Source: an uncultured delta proteobacterium (GTDB taxonomy: Bacteria; Desulfobacterota; Binatia; Binatales; Binataceae). From it: a stretch of DNA of 64,000 bases. The notes beneath the pieces are model-generated. The model searched no databases, had not been told where the DNA came from, and was given only the letters and a program-made list of their open reading frames with translations. The translations under genes and the position numbers were made by a program. Below are positions 29,696-39,064 of this stretch, in pieces; the stretch's first letter is position 1, and each line of letters begins with the position of its first letter. The DNA is taken from assembly GCA_963765675.1 (NCBI GenBank), contig CAVXXK010000003.1, forward strand, positions 1 through 64,000, written 5' to 3'.

Positions 29696-29911
29696 TCCGC
29701 ACTAGCAGATTTTCGAAAGAGTACCTTCGGCGAAAGCAGCGTTTCGCGATTTGCAAAATTTACCAAACGAACCCACCGCGGTTTTGGCCGGAAAATGCAG
29801 TTATTTCCTCGGAAATTCGCTGTTTTCGGCGCGATTTTTCGAGTACCGAAAAAACGAAGCCAACTAGATCGAAGCCACGGTGTCTCGAACCTCCTCAGAC
29901 GCGGCTTTCGC

Positions 29912-30418
29912 TCATGCGAAGCGCGCGCGCAGGCGTGCGAGGACCTCGCGATGGCGATCGTCCGCCGCCTTGAACTCGATTCGGCGCACGCTCGCACTCG
30001 CGTAGGTTATCCGCACCTCCAGATGCTCGAGCTCGCTCGCCTCATTCAGCCGCTCGAACCATTCGACCGCCGCGACACCTTCCGAGAACAGGTACTCGCG
30101 CAGGCCGAGATCATCGACGCCCGCCGCGTCGAGCCGGTAGAGGTCGATATGGAACAGCGGCAGGCGCCCCTGATGCTCCTGGATCATCGTGAAGGTCGGG
30201 CTCAGGATTTCCTGCTCGTCCAGATGCAGCCCGCGCGCGAGTCCCTTGACGAAACAGGTCTTGCCCGCGCCCAGCTCGCCGATAAGCCCGAGCAGCTCGC
30301 CGCCTTCGAGGACAGAGGCGAGCCGCCGCCCCCACGCTTTGGTCTCGTGCGCGGAGCGGCTCTCGACGATCAGCGCGATCGCGCCGCTATCAGCAGTATC
30401 GTGATTCGCTTCGGGCAT
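29912..30418 (-). CDS. tsaE: t6A biosynthesis ATPase
   Basis: GELGAGKTCF, SPTFT, HIDLYRL, VEW. Confidence 0.95.
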   Translation of the reverse strand: MPEANHDTADSGAIALIVESRSAHETKAWGRRLASVLEGGELLGLIGELGAGKTCFVKGLARGLHLDEQEILSPTFTMIQEHQGRLPLFHIDLYRLDAAGVDDLGLREYLFSEGVAAVEWFERLNEASELEHLEVRITYASASVRRIEFKAADDRHREVLARLRARFA

Positions 30419-30440
30419 GCGACTGATTATATCGCCAGGC

Positions 30441-31269
30441 TCAGTGCCACTCGACACCGCCGCAGATGTTGAGCGCCTGCCCCGTCATGTAGCCGCCATC
30501 GGCCGAGGCGAGAAACGCGACCACGTCGGCAACGTCGTCTCCGGTCTCCATCCGTGCCCATCGGCACCTGCGCCACGAACGTCTTGAGCACCTGCTCGCG
30601 ATTCATGTTCCGGGTCGAGCCGACCATGTTGATGAGCCCCTCGAAGAGCTGCGTCTCGACAAAGCCGGGGCACACCGCGTTGACCGTGATTCCGAATTGC
30701 CCGAGCTCGAGCGCGAGGCTGCGCGTAAGCCCGATCACGCCGTGCTTGGCCGCGCAGTACGCCGCCATCATCGGACCGCCGCGCTTGCCCGCGATCGACG
30801 CGGTGTTGATTATTCTGCCGCCCTGTCCGCCCGCGATGATCTTGGGCGCAACGTGCTTGGAGCACAGGAACGTGCCGGTCAGGTTGATCGCGACGGTCTT
30901 GTTCCACGAATCGAGTGTCTGCTGTACCACCGGTCCGCCGCCGACTCCGCCGCCGGCGTTGTTGCACAGAATATCGACGCGGCCGAATTCCTTCATCGCC
31001 GCCTCGGCCATCGCCGACACCTCGGCCTCGTCGGTCACGTCGACGCGCACCGCGAGCGATTTGCGTCCGAGCTTGCGAATCTCGGTGGCGAGTCCTTCAA
31101 GCTCTTCCATCTGCCCGAATTTTGCGTCGGGATATTCGGGAATCGATCGGCAATAGTCGCCCGCGACGATATGCGCGCCCTCGCGCGCCAGCCGCATCGC
31201 GATCGCGCGCCCGATCCCGCGCTCGCGCGCGCATCCTGTAACAATCGCCACCTTGTCCTGTAGTCTCAT
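30441..31269 (-). CDS. Short-chain dehydrogenase/reductase; +1 frameshift near 30555
   Basis: TGCARERGIG, NNAG, YCAAK, VNAVCPG. After removing one base: PMGRMETGDDVADVVAFLAS..YMTGQALNICGG. Confidence 0.9.
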
Positions 31270-31371
31270 AGTGATTCGCTCCCATTGGCTGCCGCGTATC
31301 TCGCTCTCGCGGCGAAACCTCGCGCGGCGATGCCGCTGCCGGTATGTTAGTCGGACCTCGGCTGCTTGGAA

Positions 31372-33810
31372 ATGAACCATAACGAAGAGAGCGCGCGCCC
31401 CGTCGTTCCCGAGATCATGGCGCGCGGCCCCAATCCCGATACGCCCGATACATCGCCCGCGATGCGTTTGCTCGCGGCGATCTCCGAGCCACGCATCGCG
31501 ATTCCGCTTCTGCTCGCGATCGGCATCCTGCTCTATCTCGTCAACCTCGGCGGCTATCCGCTCTATACGAAAGGCGAGCCGCGCGAGGCGGTGACGGTTT
31601 TCGATATCGTGCACGGCGGCGGAATCATCCTGCCGATGCGCGCGGGAGTTGAGATTCCGTCCAAGCCTCTCCTGATGCACTGGATCGCGGCGATCTTCTC
31701 GCTCGCTGCTGGAGCGGTCACCGCATTCACGGTGCGGCTGCCTTCTGCGCTGTTCGCGATCGCCGGGATGCTCGCCTGCTACGGATACGTGCGGCGTCTC
31801 TACGACTCGACGATCGCGCTTCTTGCCGCGCTGATTCTCGGAACCACGGTGCAGTATCTGCAAGCGGGGACCGGCTCGCGCGTCGATATGACGCTGACGT
31901 TTTTTCTCACGCTCGCGTTTTTTGAATTCATCATGATCGCTGAGGGTCTTACCCGGCGCCGGATAACGCTGTATCTCGCGATCGCGTTTGCGGTTCTTGC
32001 CAAGGGACCCGTCGGGCTCGCGCTGCCGGGCATGGTCGCGCTCGTCTGGATCATCATCGAACGGCGCTGGGATTTGTTGCGATCGCTTAAACTCGTTCGA
32101 GGCGCGATCGTGGTCGCGATTATCGGCGGCGGATGGTACGCGGCTGCGATCTACATCGGCGGCATGAGCTTCGTGCGCAAGCAGCTTATCGGCGAGAATC
32201 TGGTCCGCTTCGTCGGCGGCGCAAGCTTCCACGAGGGCCACGCGCATCCGTTTATCTACGTCGAACTCGCCCTGATCATGGGCTTCCTGCCGTGGACCAT
32301 CCTGCTGGCAGTCGCCGCGATCCGATCGATCCGCCGGCCGCTCGCGACGACCCCGCGCCTCGCCTACCTGATGACCTGGCTCATCGCGGTGCTGATCTTC
32401 TACAACCTCGCGACCAGCAAACGGGGCGTGTACCTGCTCGCGATATATCCAGCCCTCGCGACGATTCTTGCGATCTATCTGAAGGACGCGATCACTCATC
32501 CACATGAGAGCCAGTCCTTTACGACTTTCGCCGGATGGACCGCAGGCGGCGCGCTGGTCTCTGCCGGAGCGCTCGCGATCGTGAGCCTTGCAGTTCTGGC
32601 GATCGCGCCGGCGGAAATGCGCTACTTCATGGCGTTCTGGGGAATCAGCGCTTCCGGTTTCGTGCCCGCGCTGCAGGCCTCGGTGCGCGAGCGATGGTTC
32701 TCGGCGATGGCGATTCCGCTCGCGGTCGAAGTGCTGGGCTTCTATCTATGGCGCAACCCCGATTCGCTCGCGCGGCTCATCGGCGCAACCGCGGCCGCAA
32801 CCGGATGCATCGCGCTCGCGGCGAACCTGGTCGTGGTTCCGGCGATAGCGAACACGCTGTCGCTGCGCGGCTTTACGATGCAGGTGATCAACACGATCGG
32901 CCACGAACGCGTCGGCTATCTCGGAGCGCTCGACTACGACATCGCATTTTACAGCGGGATGAATATCCCGATCGTGCACGGCAGCGATCCCGACCTGCCG
33001 AATTATCTGATATGCTGGAGCTCGATGTATCGCAGCATGCCCGAGCGGCTGCGCCAGAGTTACGTGATCGCGATCAAGAGCAATCCGACCACGCTCGACG
33101 GCACCGACCCGATCGTCCTGTTGCGGCGCTCCACGCTTGCGCCCGCGCCCGGATCAAACGCCGTCGAGGTGCGATGGAACTCTCTTGGCGATTATCCGAT
33201 GAGCGACGCGCGCGCTGCCGGAAGCTCGGAAATCAGATCGTCGGCGATATATCCAACCGCGCCGATCCTCTTCGCGACGCGATCGGCCGCGTGGCCGTGG
33301 AGAAATACGCCCAACGCTAGCGCCTCGAACGGCTCCATCTTCGCCGCCATCAGCGCGCCGACAATTCCCGAGAGCGCATCGCCCATTCCCGGCGACGCCA
33401 TCCCGGGGTTGCCGCTCGAATTGACTGTCACCCGGCCGCTCGCATCGGCGATAACGGAGCGCGCGCCCTTGAGCAGTACCGTAGCGCCGGTAAGTTCCGC
33501 GAGCTTCTTCGCCGCACCGATTCGATTTGCGTTGACTTCCGCCGCGCTCGAGCCAAGCAGCCGCGCCATCTCGCCCGGATGCGGCGTCATCACCAGCGGA
33601 CCTGCGGCGCCGGCCGCCTTCGCGGGTCCGAGCGCGGCGAGGGCGTTCAAGCCGTCGGCGTCAATCAGCATCGGACGCTCGGGCGATGCTCCCTCGCGCA
33701 GCAGCCACATAAGGAGATCCTTGGTGTCGTCATTCATTCCAACGCCGGGGCCGAAAACGATCGCGCTCTTTCCCGCGAGCAGATGCGCCAGCGTCGCCGC
33801 CGCATCGTGA
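31372..33810 (+). CDS. ArnT/PMT-family (GT-C) glycosyltransferase; true 3' end probably near 33200
   Basis: GEPREAV, SKPLLMHW, VRLPSA, RVDM, LAKGPVG, SKRGVYLL. The last ~200 codons are antisense to nnr and do not look protein-like. Confidence 0.8.
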   Translation: MNHNEESARPVVPEIMARGPNPDTPDTSPAMRLLAAISEPRIAIPLLLAIGILLYLVNLGGYPLYTKGEPREAVTVFDIVHGGGIILPMRAGVEIPSKPLLMHWIAAIFSLAAGAVTAFTVRLPSALFAIAGMLACYGYVRRLYDSTIALLAALILGTTVQYLQAGTGSRVDMTLTFFLTLAFFEFIMIAEGLTRRRITLYLAIAFAVLAKGPVGLALPGMVALVWIIIERRWDLLRSLKLVRGAIVVAIIGGGWYAAAIYIGGMSFVRKQLIGENLVRFVGGASFHEGHAHPFIYVELALIMGFLPWTILLAVAAIRSIRRPLATTPRLAYLMTWLIAVLIFYNLATSKRGVYLLAIYPALATILAIYLKDAITHPHESQSFTTFAGWTAGGALVSAGALAIVSLAVLAIAPAEMRYFMAFWGISASGFVPALQASVRERWFSAMAIPLAVEVLGFYLWRNPDSLARLIGATAAATGCIALAANLVVVPAIANTLSLRGFTMQVINTIGHERVGYLGALDYDIAFYSGMNIPIVHGSDPDLPNYLICWSSMYRSMPERLRQSYVIAIKSNPTTLDGTDPIVLLRRSTLAPAPGSNAVEVRWNSLGDYPMSDARAAGSSEIRSSAIYPTAPILFATRSAAWPWRNTPNASASNGSIFAAISAPTIPESASPIPGDAIPGLPLELTVTRPLASAITERAPLSSTVAPVSSASFFAAPIRFALTSAALEPSSRAISPGCGVITSGPAAPAAFAGPSAARAFKPSASISIGRSGDAPSRSSHIRRSLVSSFIPTPGPKTIALFPASRCASVAAAS

Positions 33811-34748
33811 CCGGCGAAGTGCCCTTCGCGCTCGGCGATCGCCTCGGTCATCATCTCCGCCTGCGCGCTCGCGACGATCGCCTGGATCGATTCGGGAATT
33901 GCCGTCGTCACCAATCCGGCTCCCGCACGCAGCGCGGCGCGCGAGGCGAGGATCGCGGCGCCGGATTTTCCGCGGCTGCCGGCGATTATGATCGGATGCC
34001 CGAAATTTCCCTTGTTCGCATCGATCGCGCGCGGCTTCAGATGGGCACGTGCGTCGCCGGTTTGATAGAACCGTCCGCGCGGCGCAATCTCGCGAATCGC
34101 CTCGGCCGCAAATCCGATCTCCGCGATCGCAAGCTCTCCGCAATGTTCCGCACCCGGATAGGAAACGTGCCCGAACTTCGCGTAACCGAAGGTGACCGAG
34201 AGCGCGGCGCGCACCGCCGCGCCCATGATCGCGCCGTTGTCGGAATCGACGCCAGACGCGATATCGACCGCCACGATCGGCGCGCCGAGCGAGTTCATCC
34301 GCTCGATCGCGGCGCGCGCAACTCCGCGTACAGGAGCGTTAAGCCCGGTGCCGAAAATTCCATCGACGATCGCGCCCGGCCGCGTCCCGTATGCCGCATC
34401 CAGATCGGATTCTTCAGGCGCCTGCACGATCACGCCGCCCGCGCCGATCAATTCGTCATGCGCACGCAGCGCGTCGCCCTTCAAATCGCGGCCCCATCCG
34501 AGCAGCGCGACCCGAACCTGAACTCCGCGCTGGCCAAGCCGCCGCGCCGCGACCATCGCGTCGCCGCCGTTGTTGCCTTTGCCGCATACGGCGAGCACAC
34601 CGGCGCGAGCCGCGTCGGGGAAGTGATCGAGAAGCTTATCGGCAACCGCCTCGCCCGCTCGGGTCATGAGCGCATACGAATCGACGCCGTATTTTTCCTG
34701 GCTGAGCCGATCGAGTTCGCGGCTTTCGGCAGCGGTGAGAAGAATCAT
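33192..34748 (-). CDS. nnr: Bifunctional NAD(P)HX epimerase/dehydratase (YjeF)
   Basis: CGKGNNGGD, DGIFGTG, DIASG, NKGNFG, GAGLV, IDADGL, TPHPGEMARL, GMGDALSG. Confidence 0.94.
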   Translation of the reverse strand: MILLTAAESRELDRLSQEKYGVDSYALMTRAGEAVADKLLDHFPDAARAGVLAVCGKGNNGGDAMVAARRLGQRGVQVRVALLGWGRDLKGDALRAHDELIGAGGVIVQAPEESDLDAAYGTRPGAIVDGIFGTGLNAPVRGVARAAIERMNSLGAPIVAVDIASGVDSDNGAIMGAAVRAALSVTFGYAKFGHVSYPGAEHCGELAIAEIGFAAEAIREIAPRGRFYQTGDARAHLKPRAIDANKGNFGHPIIIAGSRGKSGAAILASRAALRAGAGLVTTAIPESIQAIVASAQAEMMTEAIAEREGHFAGHDAAATLAHLLAGKSAIVFGPGVGMNDDTKDLLMWLLREGASPERPMLIDADGLNALAALGPAKAAGAAGPLVMTPHPGEMARLLGSSAAEVNANRIGAAKKLAELTGATVLLKGARSVIADASGRVTVNSSGNPGMASPGMGDALSGIVGALMAAKMEPFEALALGVFLHGHAADRVAKRIGAVGYIADDLISELPAARASLIG

Positions 34749-34816
34749 CGTGGCACGCTCGATGGCGATCTTAGCAAAGCCGCGTCGGCGCCGCATCGCG
34801 CAACGAAAGCCCCTTT

Positions 34817-35077
34817 GCCATTGAGCCGGTGCGCTCGGCGAGAAATCTTGGTGTGGCCGTGCCCGAGCCAACGCGACATGAAGCGGCCCGCCGCCCGGGA
34901 TTTCTCCCTTCGGTCGAAATGACGGTTGAGGTTTCAGTGCATGAATGTCGGGGCCTCAGTACCGTCCTCAATACCTATCACCTCAGCATCACTCACATTC
35001 GTCATTTCGAGCGAGAGCGGCCGGTCGCGAAGATTCGTGCGCCTCACGTCGAGCGGGCACACGCGGCGAGAAATCCC
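34817..35077. repeat. Cluster of REP-like elements (T-A variant)
   Basis: GCGAGAAATCT (~34838-48), GGGATTTCTC..TCGAAATGACG (34897-34924), CGTCATTTCGAGCG...GCGAGAAATCCC (35000-35077). Confidence 0.7.
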
Positions 35078-35154
35078 GAGGCGGCCATGCTCCAAAACCG
35101 CGGACGCCGCGGTTGCCTCGCGGCGCACGTTCGAGTGAAGTTGCACTATCTGCG

Positions 35155-35922
35155 ATGGTCAAGCTGAGCGTCAACGTCAACAAGATTGCGGTACTGCGCA
35201 ACTCACGCGGAGGCGATCGGCCGAGCGTGCTCGAGGCCGCACGTGTCGCGATCGGCGCAGGATGCCACGGGATCACAGTCCATCCGCGCCCCGACGCCCG
35301 GCATATCACAACCCAGGATGTTCTCGATCTCGCCGCGATGCTCGCGGCGGAATTCCGGCAGGTCGAATTCAATATCGAAGGTTATCCTGGCCCCGAGTTC
35401 CTCGACCTGGTGACGCGCGTGCGGCCGACGCAGTGCACGATGGTTCCCGATCCGCCGGGAGTTCTCACCTCGAACGCGGGATGGAATCTCGTCTCTGGCG
35501 CCGAATGGCTGCGCGGCGTGATAGAGCGGCTGCGCGCGAGCGGAATTCGCACGAGCCTGTTTATTGAAGCCGACCCCGACGCGGCCATTCGCGCGCGAGA
35601 GCTCGGCGCCGATCGCATCGAGCTGTACACGGGACCTTATGCACACGCATTCGGAACCGCCGCGGGCCGCAAGATCCTCGCGATGCATCGCGAGGCCGCG
35701 CGCGCCGCGCATCGAGCCGGGCTGGGCGTGAATGCGGGACACGATTTGAACCTCGCGAATATTCCGGCGTACGTGAAGGCGCTTCCGAACCTCGACGAGA
35801 CCTCGATTGGCCATGCGCTGATTTCCGACGCGATTTATATCGGATTGGAAAAGGCGGTGAGAGCCTATCTGCGCGCGCTCGGTTCACGCCCGCTGCGCGC
35901 CACTGCGAAACGCAAGCGGTAG
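35155..35922 (+). CDS. pdxJ: Pyridoxine 5'-phosphate synthase
   Basis: LSVNVNKIAVLRNSRG, GITVHPRPD.RHI, NIEG, IELYTG.YA, VNAGHDL, SIGHALI. Confidence 0.95.
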   Translation: MVKLSVNVNKIAVLRNSRGGDRPSVLEAARVAIGAGCHGITVHPRPDARHITTQDVLDLAAMLAAEFRQVEFNIEGYPGPEFLDLVTRVRPTQCTMVPDPPGVLTSNAGWNLVSGAEWLRGVIERLRASGIRTSLFIEADPDAAIRARELGADRIELYTGPYAHAFGTAAGRKILAMHREAARAAHRAGLGVNAGHDLNLANIPAYVKALPNLDETSIGHALISDAIYIGLEKAVRAYLRALGSRPLRATAKRKR

Positions 35923-35935
35923 AAATCTCGATCGC

Positions 35936-37303
35936 CTATTCGGCGCCGACCTGGCGGTGGATCGCGGCGCCGATCTCTTTGGCCAGCGCTTCGATCATCG
36001 AGGCGTCTTCGCCCTCGACCATCACCCGCGCCAGCATCTCGGTGCCGGAGTATCGCACCAGCAGACGCCCCGACGCGCCCAGCTTGCGCTCGGCTTCGGC
36101 GATCGCGCGGCGCACGGCGGGCATGTCGTCGATCGGCGTGCGTTTGCTCACGCGGATATTTTCCATCGTCTGCGGCACGCGGCGCATCGCGCGCAGCTCG
36201 GAGAGCGGCTTTCCGCTTTCGGCCATGATCGTCAGGACCAGCAGCGCGGTGATCAGACCGTCGCCGGTGGTCGAGTAGTCCATGCAGATGACGTGGCCCG
36301 ATTGCTCGCCGCCCAGGTTGTACGAATTGGCGCGCATCTCGCGCGCGACCGAAGGATCGCCAACCTCCGTCCGCACGAGCCTCACGCCCGCGCGCGCGAG
36401 CGCCTGCTCGAGACCGAAGTTGCTGAGCACAGTCGCGACCACGGTATTTGCCGCAAGGCGTCCCTGCGCCGCCATCGTGATGCCGAGCAGCGCCATCGCG
36501 TCGTCGCCGTCGAAGACCTCGCCCTTCTCATCGATCAGCATCACGCGATCGCCGTCGCCGTCGAGCGCAATTCCAACTTGCGCGCGCTCGCTCACGACCG
36601 CCGCGCGGATACCGTCGAGATGCATCGCGCCGCATTCGTGGTTGATATTGATTCCGTCGGGCTCCGCGCCGCGCGTAATCACGTCCACGCCGAGCTCCTC
36701 GAGCACGTCCGGCCCGACCTTGTAGGCGGCACCGTTGGCGCAGTCGATCACGATCTTGAGCCCCTCAAAACCGGCCGTGCGCGGCACGCAGGTCTTGAGG
36801 AAGACCAGGTAACGGCCGAGCGCGTCATCTATACGCGCGGCTTTGCCGATATCTCCGTTAGTAGCGCGATGCTTCGCGAGGGCGCCGTCGTCAAAGACCA
36901 GCTCCTCGATGCGGCTTTCGGTCGCGTCGTCAAGCTTGAAGCCCTCGCGCGAGAAGAACTTGATACCGTTGTCTTCAAACGGATTGTGCGAGGCCGAGAT
37001 CACGACGCCCGCGTCGGCGCGCATGCTGCGGGTCAGGAACGCGATCCCCGGCGTCGGCAGCGGTCCGACCAGCCACACGTCAACGCCCATCGAGCAGATT
37101 CCCGACGCCATCGCGGTCTCCAGCATGTAGCCCGAAAGGCGCGTGTCCTTGCCGATCAGAATCCGGCGATGCCGTCCGCTCGAATGGCGAAACACGTACG
37201 CGAGTGCGCGGCCGAGCTTGAGCGCGGTTTCCGAGGTTATCGGCTCGACGTTGGCGACCCCGCGCACGCCGTCGGTGCCGAAGAGTTTACGATGCTTTGT
37301 CAT
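35936..37303 (-). CDS. glmM: Phosphoglucosamine mutase
   Basis: FGTDGVRG, GKDTRLSGYM, ISASHNP, DGDGDR, GGEQSGH, RYSGTE. Confidence 0.97.
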   Translation of the reverse strand: MTKHRKLFGTDGVRGVANVEPITSETALKLGRALAYVFRHSSGRHRRILIGKDTRLSGYMLETAMASGICSMGVDVWLVGPLPTPGIAFLTRSMRADAGVVISASHNPFEDNGIKFFSREGFKLDDATESRIEELVFDDGALAKHRATNGDIGKAARIDDALGRYLVFLKTCVPRTAGFEGLKIVIDCANGAAYKVGPDVLEELGVDVITRGAEPDGININHECGAMHLDGIRAAVVSERAQVGIALDGDGDRVMLIDEKGEVFDGDDAMALLGITMAAQGRLAANTVVATVLSNFGLEQALARAGVRLVRTEVGDPSVAREMRANSYNLGGEQSGHVICMDYSTTGDGLITALLVLTIMAESGKPLSELRAMRRVPQTMENIRVSKRTPIDDMPAVRRAIAEAERKLGASGRLLVRYSGTEMLARVMVEGEDASMIEALAKEIGAAIHRQVGAE

Positions 37304-38264
37304 CGACGATATCCGTACGCTTCTGGTGATAAATTCTGAGCTTTACCTTGGCCGGCTGCTGCTTCACGAGTTGCATGCCGTCGGGCAGATCAACCTCGAG
37401 CGGCAATTCGATCAACCCGGGAGTGCCTCCCTGCGCGTCCACATAGACTATGCCGGTCGGGTCAAGGCTTGCGAGCTTCTGGATCGGACCGCGAACCGTA
37501 ATCGTGGCCTTGCCGGGTTCGACTCGCGATTTGAAATCTGTATCGCGCACTTCGACGTCAATGTCGCGAAACTCGCGGCTGACGATTTGGTCTCCAATAT
37601 CGACCTTCGCCAGCACGCGCACCACCGCGAGGCGAACTTCCTCGCCCGGATCCTGGATCCCGACCACGCGCTCGAGATCGGCGTCTGCCCCATGCACGTC
37701 GAACGGATCGGTCTCGGCGCGGACCAGCGGTGCAACGAATCGGCTCGGCCCGCTCACCGACACGGTGGCCGGCTGCAGCTCGACGGAATTAATCTGATAG
37801 CCCTTTGCGACCGGCCCGGTCAGGTTCAGATGGACCGGCAGGTCGCGGCTGATGACCCGGTCGATATCGATTTGCGCCTCATCGGGAGTCACGCGCGTGA
37901 CCGTGGTCCGCGGTGGGACCGCGAACAGGTTCGGACCAATCTTGAAATCGGTATGGCCGATCGGCACCCCGGTCAGATCCAGGCGCAGCGTCAGGCGTTC
38001 AGGGTCGAGGAGCGACAGCAGAGTGCGCGATCCCGCCACTTCGATCTTAACGAAATCGGGCGGATGGTTGATTATCACGTAGCCTGCGGGCAGCGAACGG
38101 TAGCTGACCGGGACGGCGAGCGTCACGACCGCGTTGCGCTGCCCCGCGTTGACAAACATCCACAGTCCAATGGCGAGCAGCAGCGCGATCGCGCGCAGCC
38201 CGGCATTACGGCGCAGATGCTTGCGCAGCTCGCTCCAGTTGATCAATTTGCGCAGTCGATCCAT
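37287..38264 (-). CDS. cdaR: YbbR-domain diadenylate cyclase regulator
   Basis: N-terminal TM (ALLLAIGLW) followed by repeated YbbR-like beta domains (P.TV.V.GP). Lies between cdaA and glmM. Confidence 0.85.
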   Translation of the reverse strand: MDRLRKLINWSELRKHLRRNAGLRAIALLLAIGLWMFVNAGQRNAVVTLAVPVSYRSLPAGYVIINHPPDFVKIEVAGSRTLLSLLDPERLTLRLDLTGVPIGHTDFKIGPNLFAVPPRTTVTRVTPDEAQIDIDRVISRDLPVHLNLTGPVAKGYQINSVELQPATVSVSGPSRFVAPLVRAETDPFDVHGADADLERVVGIQDPGEEVRLAVVRVLAKVDIGDQIVSREFRDIDVEVRDTDFKSRVEPGKATITVRGPIQKLASLDPTGIVYVDAQGGTPGLIELPLEVDLPDGMQLVKQQPAKVKLRIYHQKRTDIVDDKAS

Positions 38265-38302
38265 CGCTCGATGTCCCGCGCCACCCGCCCCACCGTCGGC
38301 GT

Positions 38303-39055
38303 CTACGCCGGCAGGCTCCTAAGTGTGTTCAAGACCGCCGCCGGTTCGAGCCCACGCTCGAGCCGCCCTTCGCGCGCGATCGAGATGGTGCCATCTTCTT
38401 CGGACACCACCAGCACGATCGCGTCGCAATCTTCCGTCATCCCGATCGCGGCGCGATGCCGCGTGCCGAGCGCCAGGCTGACGTTCGGATTCGAGGACAG
38501 CGGCAGCACGCACGCCGCCGCCAGGATCTGGTCACCCTTGATAATCACCGCACCGTCATGCAGCGGTGAGCCGCGCATGAAGATCGTCTCGATCAGCTCG
38601 GGCGATACTCGGCCATAGATAAGGCGGCCGCTCTCCATAAATTCGTTGAGGCCGTCTTCCTGCTCGATCACTATCAGCGCCCCGATCCGGCGCGCCGCGA
38701 GCCATGCTGCCGCGGTGGCCAGCTCCTCGGCCGCACTCGAGGCGGGAGCGCGCGGTCCGAAAAACGACTGCGCGCCAACCCGGGTCAGCGCGCGGCGGAT
38801 ATCGGCCTGGAAAATCACCACCAGGATCACGAACAATGATCCGAGAAAATTGTTCAGTAGCCAGTTGAGCGTGAACAGTCCAAGTATCTGCGAGGCCACG
38901 AACGCGACCCCGACGATCACCAGCCCCAGCACCATCTGCATCGTGCGCGTGCCGCGGATCAGCAGCGCGATGCGGTAAATCACGTAGGCGACGATCAGGA
39001 CATCCACGATGTCCTGCCATCGGGGTACCGGAATCGCCGGCAGGTAATTCGGCAT
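38303..39055 (-). CDS. cdaA: Diadenylate cyclase
   Basis: Three N-terminal TM helices, FQADIRRAL, GALIV, PLHDGA, GTRHRAA, VSEE. Confidence 0.95.
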   Translation of the reverse strand: MPNYLPAIPVPRWQDIVDVLIVAYVIYRIALLIRGTRTMQMVLGLVIVGVAFVASQILGLFTLNWLLNNFLGSLFVILVVIFQADIRRALTRVGAQSFFGPRAPASSAAEELATAAAWLAARRIGALIVIEQEDGLNEFMESGRLIYGRVSPELIETIFMRGSPLHDGAVIIKGDQILAAACVLPLSSNPNVSLALGTRHRAAIGMTEDCDAIVLVVSEEDGTISIAREGRLERGLEPAAVLNTLRSLPA

Positions 39056-39064
39056 CGAGTTTGC

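Noticed and set aside
29261-30472. 403-aa + strand ORF
   Set aside because: It spans REP-like repeats and the antisense of tsaE, and has no protein-like composition.
30427-32505. 692-aa ORF as a fusion protein
   Set aside because: Only the part from 31269 is an SDR. The upstream portion is antisense to the glycosyltransferase.
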